A DNA stretch of 64,000 bases from a virus. Under the pieces are notes generated by a model, which was given only the letters and a program-made list of their open reading frames with translations, made no database searches and was not told the DNA's origin. This document shows positions 54,997 through 64,000 of this stretch, piece by piece (within the stretch, counting starts at the first letter, position 1; every line of letters starts with the position of its first letter). Location of the stretch: IMG/VR virus record IMGVR_UViG_3300005337_000002. One strand, written 5' to 3'. The position numbers and the translations under genes were made by a program.

Positions 54997-55610
54997 GGGG
55001 GTTCCTCCGTAGCGTGGACGTCGTGGACTGCGCCCAGCACCACAATGTCCGGACAGGTCGCAAAATCCTTGGGGGCGATAAACCCACGCGGATCGTAGGG
55101 GATATCGAGGCCAACCTGGGCATAGAGCCGCTGCACAAACTCCGAACAAATGAGCCGCGTATTCGCATGGGGCGCGTGCGGCGGCATCCCGAGGACCTGC
55201 CCCATGATGCGCAAGGCAATGCCGGCAATCTCGCGCCCATCATACCGCGTGCCGAGCAGCGTCACGGCCTCCTGACTGAGGCGCTGCAGCAGGACGGCGT
55301 CGGTCGGAAAGCGCGTATGCCGGGCCACACAGACGATGCCCGGATAGGGCTGGCCGGTGTCGGCGTAATTGGTCACATACTGCTCCATAGCCACCGCCCG
55401 CACGCCAATGGATTCGACCGATTCGAGCACGAGCACCCGCTGCAGCCCCTCCAGACGCCAGAGCAGGCCCACATGACTCCAGCGGGACTGCGTGGCGTGT
55501 TGAATGAGTTGGGACATCGGACTTGTGCCCTGACAGAGGAGGAGGTCGCCCGAGCGCAGGTCTTCCTGCCATCGCGTATACGGGGACGTCGGAAGTGATG
55601 ATGGCTCCAT
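54987..55610 (-). CDS. permuted papain-like NlpC/P60 amidase (YiiX/YebB-like)
   Basis: GDLLL..G....S.LI..AT.S.WSHVG ... G..YD ... ICSEFV ... P.DF. Confidence 0.85.
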   Translation of the reverse strand: MEPSSLPTSPYTRWQEDLRSGDLLLCQGTSPMSQLIQHATQSRWSHVGLLWRLEGLQRVLVLESVESIGVRAVAMEQYVTNYADTGQPYPGIVCVARHTRFPTDAVLLQRLSQEAVTLLGTRYDGREIAGIALRIMGQVLGMPPHAPHANTRLICSEFVQRLYAQVGLDIPYDPRGFIAPKDFATCPDIVVLGAVHDVHATEEPPCP

Positions 55611-55629
55611 GGGCCTCCTCGTCTCGTGC

Positions 55630-55830
55630 TCAGCGCAGTGCGCGACATTGGTCAATCGTGGCGCCGCCGGTCGCAATGAGGGCCGAGACCCCGATGAAGG
55701 GGCCATAGGAGCCACTCACCCAGAGGCAGGCGGTATCCCCGCGTTTGTTGAGCGTATCGGCCAGATGGTCGACGCTGGCGCAGCCGCCGCACAGCAGTCC
55801 CAGGAGGAGCGCGCTCCAGACCCAGCGCAT
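55630..55830 (-). CDS. small lipoprotein
   Basis: Lipobox-like CGGC after a hydrophobic core. Confidence 0.6.
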   Translation of the reverse strand: MRWVWSALLLGLLCGGCASVDHLADTLNKRGDTACLWVSGSYGPFIGVSALIATGGATIDQCRALR

Positions 55831-55843
55831 CGTACTCCCCTCC

Positions 55844-57727
55844 TCACCGCATGCTCACGCGGTGGCGGCGCACCGTGGCACTCTGGCGGTAGTCCGTCAG
55901 AATCTCGGCGGCACTCCAGACGCGATTATCCAGACGAAAGTCATCGACGCTGCCGGGGTCATAGTACGTGCCGGATTCATTCACCCAGCGGCCGACGTCA
56001 AAGACCGTCAGATCGACGGTCGGGGCGGTCGAGGACGGCGCCGACGCCACAAGCGCGCCGTTCGCATAGATCGCCCGCACGCTACTGGTTGCCCCGCTGG
56101 AGACGAGCGCGAACCGCACCCATCGCCCGAGATAGGGTGTACAGTCCACGCTCACGCGCCCGACGGTATGCCAGTCGCCGTAGTCCCAGTAGCAGACATT
56201 GTCGCTGTACGGGAGATGCGCGCCAAACCGGTCCTGCACCGCGGCGCTATGCGCGCCAAAGGCCCCGGTGACGCCCCCGGCGGTCACTTTGCGCCACAGG
56301 AGCACGGTGACGGGCTGCCCCGCTGTCCACACCATCGTGGCAGTGGTCACGTACTGCGCCACGCCGTTCATCGTCACGGCGCCGGTCCCGACGCGCCCCG
56401 GTCCCCAGAGCGGACCCCCCGCGAGCGTGCCGGTATAGCCATTGCCCGTCGCATCGGCCACGGTCGTCCCCGTGCCCTCATCGAATTTCCACCGCAGCGC
56501 TTGTGGGCCGGTCGTCACGACGCCGCTGCCATACTCTTCCGCCCCGAGGTCATAGGCCGCGCCCTGGGGCCGTGCGATCCCGCGCCGATCGGTCGGCACG
56601 GCGGCGAGCGTGACGCCCGCATCAATGGCCGGGCTGCCCGCCTGGAGGCGAAAGTCGCCGGCAGCCGCATTGACAAAGAGGGGATCGCCCGTGAGCAGAT
56701 TATGATCCCGGATCGTGCCGGTGGCCCCGTCATCTTGAATGGTGTCCGCGTTCCCCGTCAGGATATTGTTCTGAATTTTGGTATTCGTATTGCCGACGTT
56801 GATTTCAATCGCCGCGCTCTGCGGGTTCTGGGTAATGGTATTGTTATAGACGCGATTATTATCCACCCCAAAGCCGCCGGTGCCCGGACTGATACTCACG
56901 ACGGCTCCATTGCCAATGCAGAGATTATTCGAAAAGATATTGTTCGCGAGGAGATTATTCCCGCCATTCATAATGATGACATTGAGCCCTTGCCCCCGCG
57001 TGCCGTCATTAAAGCAATTCTCGTGAAACAGGTTATTGGTGACGACGGCATTTTCCACCCCACCCCCGCTGAGATAGAGATGGATCGCATAGCCATAGTT
57101 GTCATAAAACTCGTTGCCATCCATCGTCATATTCGTCCCGTTACAGTAGCAGCCATACTGGCCCGGAATGCCGTTTGGATCGCCGACATAATTGAGATCG
57201 AGCCGCGCCCCGTGGATCTTATTGCCCACGAGGCGGACATGATCGGTATAGCGGGCGATGCCCACCGTCGCGAAATCGCCCCCCGTAAAGTTGCTGTTGC
57301 TGACGGTAATATGGTGGCTATTGATCGAGATTTCCAGATGGGGCGAGGTCAAGTTATCCAGCGTGAGATATTGCGGGATGCTGGCATCAAAGTTGTCCTG
57401 GATATTGATCTGGTTGGGGATCACCACCGTTTCGCCGGGATACCCCGCGATGGTGATGCGCGTACTCTCATTCGTGCCGCTGGGGAGGCGAAAGCCCACG
57501 GGACTAAAGAGTTCATTATAGGTCCCACCCCGAATGAGCAGCGTATCGCCCGGTGTCAGGCACGCGACCCCAGCGGCAATCGTGCGCCGGGGCGTGGTCA
57601 GTTGGGTGGCCGCCGCACAGCTATTGCCGGCGGCGACGGCCCCATCAACATAATAGATCGTGGCGTGGGCAGGCCCCCACCAGAGACCGCAGAGGAGGAC
57701 GACCAGGAGCATGCGAGGGTGTCTCAT
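55844..57727 (-). CDS. secreted beta-helix + LamG domain protein
   Basis: Signal peptide (PAHA|TIYYVD), PGDTLLIRGGTY, GDFRLQAGSPAIDAG, W.FDEG.G...D..GNG..G, DDFR. Confidence 0.85.
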   Translation of the reverse strand: MRHPRMLLVVLLCGLWWGPAHATIYYVDGAVAAGNSCAAATQLTTPRRTIAAGVACLTPGDTLLIRGGTYNELFSPVGFRLPSGTNESTRITIAGYPGETVVIPNQINIQDNFDASIPQYLTLDNLTSPHLEISINSHHITVSNSNFTGGDFATVGIARYTDHVRLVGNKIHGARLDLNYVGDPNGIPGQYGCYCNGTNMTMDGNEFYDNYGYAIHLYLSGGGVENAVVTNNLFHENCFNDGTRGQGLNVIIMNGGNNLLANNIFSNNLCIGNGAVVSISPGTGGFGVDNNRVYNNTITQNPQSAAIEINVGNTNTKIQNNILTGNADTIQDDGATGTIRDHNLLTGDPLFVNAAAGDFRLQAGSPAIDAGVTLAAVPTDRRGIARPQGAAYDLGAEEYGSGVVTTGPQALRWKFDEGTGTTVADATGNGYTGTLAGGPLWGPGRVGTGAVTMNGVAQYVTTATMVWTAGQPVTVLLWRKVTAGGVTGAFGAHSAAVQDRFGAHLPYSDNVCYWDYGDWHTVGRVSVDCTPYLGRWVRFALVSSGATSSVRAIYANGALVASAPSSTAPTVDLTVFDVGRWVNESGTYYDPGSVDDFRLDNRVWSAAEILTDYRQSATVRRHRVSMR

Positions 57728-59148
57728 TGGAGGACTCCCTTGATCTTCACCTGGACAAACTTGGCCGTGCCCCCGGCTGCCGTAATGTTGACGGCCAGAT
57801 CGCACGGCGTACTACTACACGTGGCCCCCGTCCCGCTAAAAGGGTGCACCAGTGGACTGCCGTTGACCGTACACGCCGCCCAGATACCCGTGCCGCACGT
57901 ACAGGCCCCCGTGAGAATCGAGGTACCCGTGATGTCCCCGGTCAGGATGGGGCGCACGGTGGGCGTGCCCGCGTCGGCCATACAGGCGACCGTCGTGATT
58001 TTCCAGTCTTTTTCAAAGTCGTTCGGACAGGCGCGGGGCGAATCCTCATCATCGGCCAGCGGCGGGGCATCGACACTCACCGAGCCGACGCTAATGACGC
58101 AGGGCTTGATCTTGTACTTGTCGGGGATCCCGATACTCCAGGCCTTCCAGCGCGTCGCGGTCGCATCATAGATGATCGCCAGCGTCTCGCCCGGGAAGAG
58201 GGTCAGGTCCCCCCCGAAGAGGAAGCGATTCACGGCCGAGGAGCTGGCACTCTGGTCTTTGAGGGTGAGGGCATTGGTCGTGCCCACGTTCTGGAGCGCA
58301 ATGATATCACCGCCTGTCCCCGCGGTCAGGCCGGTGAGCAGTCGATCCGCTGCGCCTCCATTGATGCGACAGACGCCAGTGGTACACAAGGCGTAATCAT
58401 TGGCATCGCCTGCCAGGGTCGCGGTCGTCGCGGTGCCGGTCACTGCGAGTTGCGGGGGCAGGTCCGCTTTGACCGGGGCGCGAAACGTCGGGGCTGCAGC
58501 ACTGCCCGAGGCCGGTCCCGCATAATGGGTATTGGCCGTTTGCGTGGCTTTGACCCAGGCAATGGTGCCCGCGGTCGTGATCGGCGAGCCGGTGACGGTA
58601 TACTCGGTCGGCGGCGTGATCGTCACACTCGTGACGGTGCCGGTGCCTGCGCCACTGCCGGGGACATAGGCAATAATCTTGGTATCAATCAGGGCCAGAC
58701 TGCCTGCCGTCGTCGCATTGTCGTCCATTTGCCCGATGACAATGCCGTTACTGGGGGCAGCGGCTTGCGCGTGGCAGTCCCCCGCCACCGTGACCGACGC
58801 GACGACATACTGGCCGCGCACGTTACTCGCGGTGGCGTCCATGCGGCAACTGGTCACGCCGCTCAGATTGAGCATGGCATAGCCGGTCGTGGTCCCGTTG
58901 CGCGTGACCACATAGAGCGGGATATTCGTATCGCCCGTGCCGGCGATCACCGCCCCCGTCGAGGTGATCTTCGCGAGGGACCAGAGGGTCGTTCCGGTGC
59001 TGGGGTCATTGAGCACGGCCTTGACGGTATTGGTGCCGCGCGACGCTTCCTGCGCATCGACGCCCGGGAGCAGCGTGGCGAGGGCGAGCATGAGCAGCAG
59101 GAGGCGCAGGGTCGGGGAGCGGAGCAGATGGGCGAGTCGTGCCAACAT
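57724..59148 (-). CDS. tail-fibre/adhesin-like multidomain protein with signal peptide
   Basis: GTVTSV.....EYTVTGSPITTAGT and AGPASG.AA.PTFRA.V.ADLP fibre repeats; signal peptide (GVDA|QE). Confidence 0.7.
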   Translation of the reverse strand: MLARLAHLLRSPTLRLLLLMLALATLLPGVDAQEASRGTNTVKAVLNDPSTGTTLWSLAKITSTGAVIAGTGDTNIPLYVVTRNGTTTGYAMLNLSGVTSCRMDATASNVRGQYVVASVTVAGDCHAQAAAPSNGIVIGQMDDNATTAGSLALIDTKIIAYVPGSGAGTGTVTSVTITPPTEYTVTGSPITTAGTIAWVKATQTANTHYAGPASGSAAAPTFRAPVKADLPPQLAVTGTATTATLAGDANDYALCTTGVCRINGGAADRLLTGLTAGTGGDIIALQNVGTTNALTLKDQSASSSAVNRFLFGGDLTLFPGETLAIIYDATATRWKAWSIGIPDKYKIKPCVISVGSVSVDAPPLADDEDSPRACPNDFEKDWKITTVACMADAGTPTVRPILTGDITGTSILTGACTCGTGIWAACTVNGSPLVHPFSGTGATCSSTPCDLAVNITAAGGTAKFVQVKIKGVLQ

Positions 59149-59186
59149 ACGTATCCTTTCGGCGGCGTCTAGACCGCGGTGACGTG

Positions 59187-60074
59187 TCAGTGCATAAACT
59201 GGAAAAACCCAGCGGTATTGCTGCCGCCCACATTGATGAGCGGGCCGCGATTGAGCAGCCCGGTATCGCCCTGGCGTCCGAGGCTATAGAGGGCGGCCAC
59301 GTCGAGCGCGCTCAGCGCCCGCAGATAGAGCCGCGCGTCATCGAGCGCCCCGTCCCAGGTATTCGAACTGCCATCAAAGGACCCGAGGGCCGCGAGATTG
59401 GCGCCCGCGAGGAACGTATTCGCGCTGTCCATATCCGACGCGGTCCCTTCCTGCTTGCCATCGAGATAGAGCGTGACGACCGTGCCATTCAGGACGAGCG
59501 CGCCATGATGCCAGCCGGTATCGAGCGCCGTTGCGCCGGTGAGCAGCGTGTTACTGTTTGATACATTGCGGTACCGCCCCTCCAGCATGCCGCCCGTGCC
59601 GCTCGTCTGCAGCGCCCAGCCGAGGGAGCCGGTCGAGCGCTGGAAGGAGAAGAGGCGCAGCTGGGCCGCCGCGAGGGCCGCCGTCGTCGGCTTGAGCCAG
59701 ATGGTCGCCGTGAGGGTCGTCTGCGTGCTCGCGTAGAAGTCCGACGTGAGCCCGACATCGACGTAGGTCGTCACGCCATCGAACCGGAGTTCGCCAAAGC
59801 CCCCGGTGCGCACGGTCGCCCCCCAGGTCGCGCCATTCGTCAACGTGCCGTGGTGGGTGCTCATGAGGTCATACCACTGGCGTCCGCCGTCGAGGCCCGG
59901 AATGGCCCGCCACATGCTCACGAGGCCCCAGGCGAGGGGATGCTCGCGCTGCACGGGGGCATGCGTACTGATGAGGCCCAGGCCCCCGACATGCGCAAAG
60001 GGCGAGAGTTGGGCCTGGCAGGGGAGGACGCTCGCGCAGAGGAGAGCGATGAGGAGCAACAGACGCAGGATCAT
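59187..60074 (-). CDS. LamG/ConA-like domain protein with signal peptide
   Basis: HPLA.GLV..W, FDG...YV, WHH, LYLDG, G.LDD.R.Y.RALS. Confidence 0.85.
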   Translation of the reverse strand: MILRLLLLIALLCASVLPCQAQLSPFAHVGGLGLISTHAPVQREHPLAWGLVSMWRAIPGLDGGRQWYDLMSTHHGTLTNGATWGATVRTGGFGELRFDGVTTYVDVGLTSDFYASTQTTLTATIWLKPTTAALAAAQLRLFSFQRSTGSLGWALQTSGTGGMLEGRYRNVSNSNTLLTGATALDTGWHHGALVLNGTVVTLYLDGKQEGTASDMDSANTFLAGANLAALGSFDGSSNTWDGALDDARLYLRALSALDVAALYSLGRQGDTGLLNRGPLINVGGSNTAGFFQFMH

Positions 60075-60583
60075 TGCGCAATGCCCTCGATAGTAACTGG
60101 CCTAATTTTAATAGTATTACCAGAGGCCGCCAACGTCTGTCCGGTGGAGTCGTTCTTTGCGACCGCCTTAAACAAGCCCCAGGGACAGAGAATGCGCCGG
60201 GTGACCCGCGTCCCTGTTTGCCCGGCGGTCACGGGGAGGACGACGTCGGGGGCCCGGCCCAGGGTGATCGAGGCGGTCGGCGTATCTTCGTAGTTCGTGC
60301 CGTCCGCCGCCATGAGGAACCAGACGACGACGGCCGTATTGGCGGTGGGATTGGCCCCGAAGGTAAAGACGCCCTCGACATCGCAGAGGACATAGCCGTC
60401 GCCCGCTTGGAGCGGCGTATTATTGAAGGCGGCACTGGCGGCGGTGAATCCGTTACTGGTTAGTGAGTTCAGTTGCGTCGTCAGGAGACTCGTCTGGCTC
60501 CCGAGCAGAAACTTGGTCACAATCGCGGCGTGGGCAAGACTTGCTATCCCAAGGATGAGCACAAGACTGAGCAGACGTCTCAT
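60071..60583 (-). CDS. phage tail-region-type protein with signal peptide
   Basis: Signal (LAHA|AI); DGTNYED motif; coupled. Confidence 0.65.
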   Translation of the reverse strand: MRRLLSLVLILGIASLAHAAIVTKFLLGSQTSLLTTQLNSLTSNGFTAASAAFNNTPLQAGDGYVLCDVEGVFTFGANPTANTAVVVWFLMAADGTNYEDTPTASITLGRAPDVVLPVTAGQTGTRVTRRILCPWGLFKAVAKNDSTGQTLAASGNTIKIRPVTIEGIAQ

Positions 60584-61122
60584 GTGGCGTCCCTCGCGGT
60601 AGAAATATCATCCAGCGTCAGCTTGCGCCCGCAGACCACCTCGGCCCGGGACCCCTGCCGCTTGACCATCGCAATGAGCGCCGTGCGGGTGGCACTGGGA
60701 TTGGCAAAGATGCCGACAATCGGGGGACTGCCGCCTGCGCCGACGAGGATGGCGCGAATATTCGCTTTACTGAGATCCACCGTCGTCGTGCCGAGAATGG
60801 TGTTCAGTTGCGCGAGTTGATGATCCGAGAGCGCCAGATACTCGGCGGGGTCGAGCACGGTGGCCTTCAGGTCGGCGACGGCGACGGGGGCAGGATCGAC
60901 CTGGTAGGTGGCACCGCTGCGCACCTGGTTCATGACGGTGAGGACATCGGCATCCTTGCCTGCGGCAAAGAGGTTTTGGAGACTGACCGACTGGCTGTCG
61001 GCGAGATTGGCCGGGTTCGTCTGCAATTCCGTTTTCAAATCCGACGGGGTGCAGACTGCCCCGGCGATGAGGGGACAGAGCATGAGGAGCAGGGCTGCTC
61101 CGAGGCGTGTTACGACAAGCAT
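60580..61122 (-). CDS. phage tail-region-type protein with signal peptide
   Basis: Signal (IAGA|V); LK.EL..NP and SRAE motifs. Confidence 0.6.
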   Translation of the reverse strand: MLVVTRLGAALLLMLCPLIAGAVCTPSDLKTELQTNPANLADSQSVSLQNLFAAGKDADVLTVMNQVRSGATYQVDPAPVAVADLKATVLDPAEYLALSDHQLAQLNTILGTTTVDLSKANIRAILVGAGGSPPIVGIFANPSATRTALIAMVKRQGSRAEVVCGRKLTLDDISTARDAT

Positions 61123-61238
61123 TGTGCGTACTCCTGTGCTATACTTAGCAGGCTTGGTTGCCTTGCTAGCGTAATCCTGTTTGGCCTTACCCAGACAGGT
61201 CCAAGCCATCCATCCTTCTGAGCCTGTAAGGAGGCGGC

Positions 61239-61898
61239 ATGACTGCCCATAATTTCATTGATTTGACTGAACAACTCTTTGATCGATTGACCGTCTTGAG
61301 CCGTGCGGCCAATGGGAGTGATGGTCGGACACGTTGGATGTGTCAATGCAGCTGCGGTGCTCTGCGCGTTGTCGATGCGAAGGCTTTGCGCCGACGTGCA
61401 ACCAAAAGCTGCGGATGTTTTAAGATTGAGGAGAATACGCAACGTAGTCGAACGCATGGCATGGCACACACTGCGGAATACTTTGTATGGAAAAACATGA
61501 AGGCACGATGCTTGAACCCGCGCAGCTCGCGTTATGCAGATTACGGTGGTCGCGGGATTACTATCTGTGCACGATGGCAAGACTCGTTCGTCAATTTTTA
61601 TGAAGATATGGGGCCTCGCCCAGGGCCGAAATACACTATCGAGAGAGTGCGAAACTCGGAAGGGTATGCGCCAGACAATTGCATCTGGGCAACATTGTCT
61701 GTGCAAGCACGTAATAAACGCACGAGCCTTTCTTTCACCTTGAATGATATTACGCAATCGCTGCTGGAGTGGGCGCAAAGCATCGGAATGAACTATCACA
61801 CGTTGTATTATCGCTTGCAGTGTGGACTGTCTCTTGAAGAGGCTATGGCTCGGCCATTGCAGATACATAAAAATAATATACATAAACATATAGAATAA
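61239..61898 (+). CDS. HNH homing-endonuclease-like protein (paralog of 4194-5093)
   Basis: DLT...F.RLTV, W.C.C.CG, SCGC, YGGRGI.IC.RW, Y.PDNC.WAT...Q.RN. Confidence 0.85.
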   Translation: MTAHNFIDLTEQLFDRLTVLSRAANGSDGRTRWMCQCSCGALRVVDAKALRRRATKSCGCFKIEENTQRSRTHGMAHTAEYFVWKNMKARCLNPRSSRYADYGGRGITICARWQDSFVNFYEDMGPRPGPKYTIERVRNSEGYAPDNCIWATLSVQARNKRTSLSFTLNDITQSLLEWAQSIGMNYHTLYYRLQCGLSLEEAMARPLQIHKNNIHKHIE

Positions 61899-61905
61899 TC
61901 CTAAA

Positions 61906-64000
61906 CTAATTAGTAGCATACGCTTGCCATTTGGAGAGCACTGTGGAATAGACCACGCCAATTGCTGTCCAGGCGGATGTTCCGCTTGGGCATACCGTGG
62001 GCAGGCCGACGTTCGGGCTCGCAATAAAAATACTATTCCAAGCAAACGTCTGTTGGGACGTGCAGAGGAACCGCAGAAACAGGCGTTGGCCATTGACGGG
62101 CGTGCCTGAGGGGGCGGCCACCGTGAGCGTCCCACTGCCAGCGGTCATCTGCATCTCGCAGTCGTCGGACGAGTCTCCCGCACAGGTGTACGTGGTGCTG
62201 CTTGTCAAGGTCGTGACTCTGGGCGTGATCCTCTTCGCAGACAGCGTCTGCGTATCCGTATCTCCGACGACCGCCCCGCTCGGTGCCGCGACGACGTTGA
62301 GCGTGCCATCCCCGCCCGACGTCTTCACCAGGCCGTTACTTGTCAGATTCGCGAGTTTGGCAATCGTGGGGGTGGTGAGCGTCGGACTCGTGGCCTTGAC
62401 GTAGTTGCCCGTCCCAGTCACCGCAACGCCCTGAATGACCGTTGCGGACGTCCACTCTGCCGCTTGCCCGCTGGTCGGCGTGCCCGTGTTCGACACATTG
62501 CCCCCGCCTGCCGGCGTCTGCCACGTCCCATCGCCGCGCCAGAAGGTGGACGATGACGCGGACGTGCCGCTATTCAGATTCGCCACCGGCAGATTCCCCG
62601 TGACCCCGGTACTCAGGGGCAACCCGGTCGCATTGGTCAGGACCGCCGCACTCGGCGTGCCCAGCGCGGGCGTGACGAGGGTGGGACTCGTCGCCTTGAC
62701 GTAGTTGCCGGTGCCTGTCACGGCCACCCCTTGGACGGCCGTCGCGCTGACCCATTCCGTCGACTGTCCCGCGACAGGCGTGCCCGAGATCGTAATGGTC
62801 CCCCCGCCCCCGCAGGACGTGACGGTGCACAGCGCCCCATCGCTATCGGGCAGCGTGTTGAAGTGATGGGCGCTCAAATTGCCCGCCATGAGCGTGCTGG
62901 TCCAGCCATGCGGGTCCGTCAGTTCCACGAGGCCGCTGCCCTGGCCGTGCGTCATTTCCTGGATCGTGCCGACATGGTTGCCCGGATCATAGAGAAAGCG
63001 GCCGGTGTCCACGTCCCACGTCGTGCCTTCGCCGTGAAACGCCACGTCCTTGTAGGCCCCCGTGGCCAGCGCCGCCCCGCCCCCGCCGCCCCCCGCCAGC
63101 GTGGCAATCAGTTGCGAGTTGAAAATGATCTGCCAGGTCGAGGTGGTCGAGTCGTACTCAAAGAGCAGGAGATCATCTTTATTCAGCCCGGTCGTCGCGG
63201 CCGGCAAGTCCCAGCCGGCATTCTCGCTATACTGCGGTTGCCAGGTGAGCGGCTGAGGCGTGGCACTGCGCAGGCGCAAGCGATACCACTGCCCGGCCCG
63301 CGCCGTGCCCAACGGGTTGAGGATGAGCGCGCCCGTCGTCATGGCCGTCACGCGCTCCAGGTCATACAGCACGGGATTGGGCTGAATCGTGCCGCTGGTG
63401 GTGCTGGGATCGGCCAGCGTATTGACGCGCGGCGGGACAAACGTCTGCTCCAGCGTCTGCGGGCCATCCGTCCCGGCCAGATTGCCCGCGGGCAACGGCA
63501 CGGTGGTGACGGCGGCGAGCCCCCCGCTGGTCGTGGCGTAGAGGACGCCCGAGGGCAACACCCCGAGATTCACGCCGACCGGGAACTGGCTATTACTTTG
63601 CGCGAGGAGCGGCTTGGCGACGGATTGGGCGATGGCTGGCACATCGCAGATGAGGACGCCCGTGGCCGTCACGCCTTTGGCATAGGTCCCTGCGAGTTGA
63701 CAGGTATTGCCCACATAGGCCGCAAAAAGCCCCGTGCCATCCGCGGCCTGGAGCGTGCCAGCCCCGCCGAGCGGGAGGCGCTGCCAGGTGCCCGCCACGG
63801 TCGACGTCGTGATCGGCACTTGATTGGTGGCCGTGGCAGTGCTCATCGTCACATTGCCGAGCGAGCCACTGCCGCCCGTGCCCCCGCTCAGCCCCTCGAC
63901 CTGGAACGTGGTACCGTCGTCGCAGGCTTCGACCCGCTGGCCGATGCCGATGTCATTGGCGACGAGCGGGGTCGCCACGCCCGCCACGCGCTTCATCAGG
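61906..64000 (-). CDS. tail-fibre-like protein (probably 5' truncated)
   Basis: [13 protein letters not shown]...[30 protein letters not shown] fibre repeats; duplicated distal domain. Confidence 0.8.
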   Translation of the reverse strand, partial: LMKRVAGVATPLVANDIGIGQRVEACDDGTTFQVEGLSGGTGGSGSLGNVTMSTATATNQVPITTSTVAGTWQRLPLGGAGTLQAADGTGLFAAYVGNTCQLAGTYAKGVTATGVLICDVPAIAQSVAKPLLAQSNSQFPVGVNLGVLPSGVLYATTSGGLAAVTTVPLPAGNLAGTDGPQTLEQTFVPPRVNTLADPSTTSGTIQPNPVLYDLERVTAMTTGALILNPLGTARAGQWYRLRLRSATPQPLTWQPQYSENAGWDLPAATTGLNKDDLLLFEYDSTTSTWQIIFNSQLIATLAGGGGGGAALATGAYKDVAFHGEGTTWDVDTGRFLYDPGNHVGTIQEMTHGQGSGLVELTDPHGWTSTLMAGNLSAHHFNTLPDSDGALCTVTSCGGGGTITISGTPVAGQSTEWVSATAVQGVAVTGTGNYVKATSPTLVTPALGTPSAAVLTNATGLPLSTGVTGNLPVANLNSGTSASSSTFWRGDGTWQTPAGGGNVSNTGTPTSGQAAEWTSATVIQGVAVTGTGNYVKATSPTLTTPTIAKLANLTSNGLVKTSGGDGTLNVVAAPSGAVVGDTDTQTLSAKRITPRVTTLTSSTTYTCAGDSSDDCEMQMTAGSGTLTVAAPSGTPVNGQRLFLRFLCTSQQTFAWNSIFIASPNVGLPTVCPSGTSAWTAIGVVYSTVLSKWQAYATN

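Noticed and set aside
55745-59172. Long + strand ORFs (808 aa, 539 aa) and other antisense ORFs in the track
   Set aside because: Shadow frames of GC-rich genes on the opposite strand, with no motifs or RBS
61906-62800. Diversity-generating retroelement TR/VR pair
   Set aside because: The repeats near 62390 and 62690 are in-frame fibre repeats with mostly synonymous differences, and there is no reverse transcriptase in the window
1-64000. tRNA or rRNA genes, or an att site
   Set aside because: No tRNA cloverleaf with T-loop consensus and no long direct repeat recognised by eye; tRNAscan-SE and a self dot-plot would be decisive

Overview
GC-rich, entirely accessory window with no host housekeeping genes. 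(1) 1-13.9 kb (+): distal half of a GI-type/F-like conjugation operon (traB end, traV, virB4/traC, DUF4400-like, traH-like, traG_N, traU, traD, lipoprotein), interrupted by an HNH gene and a DNA methyltransferase. (2) A converging arm-less tyrosine recombinase preceded by a ~500-bp hairpin-dense spacer and an excisionase-like HTH. (3) 15.5-51 kb: two divergent phage-like early operons of many small ORFs. Each carries a paralogous lambda-O-like initiator with the same GTTCA-N5-TGAAC iterons. Cargo includes a five-cassette SPPY methyltransferase, a Glu-less mini-TIR, a PHAX-like RNA-binding protein, tandem Lar domains, NADAR, SWIM-Rad52, a hammerhead-like RNA and a 310-bp TnpB omegaRNA relic. 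(4) 53-64 kb (-): lysis-like and tail-fibre-like genes, five consecutive ones with Sec-type signal peptides; several of their domains recur as membrane-anchored copies in the early region. The best overall reading is an ICE-prophage composite or a single conjugative phage-like element. All family calls come from motif recognition by eye, not database searches.
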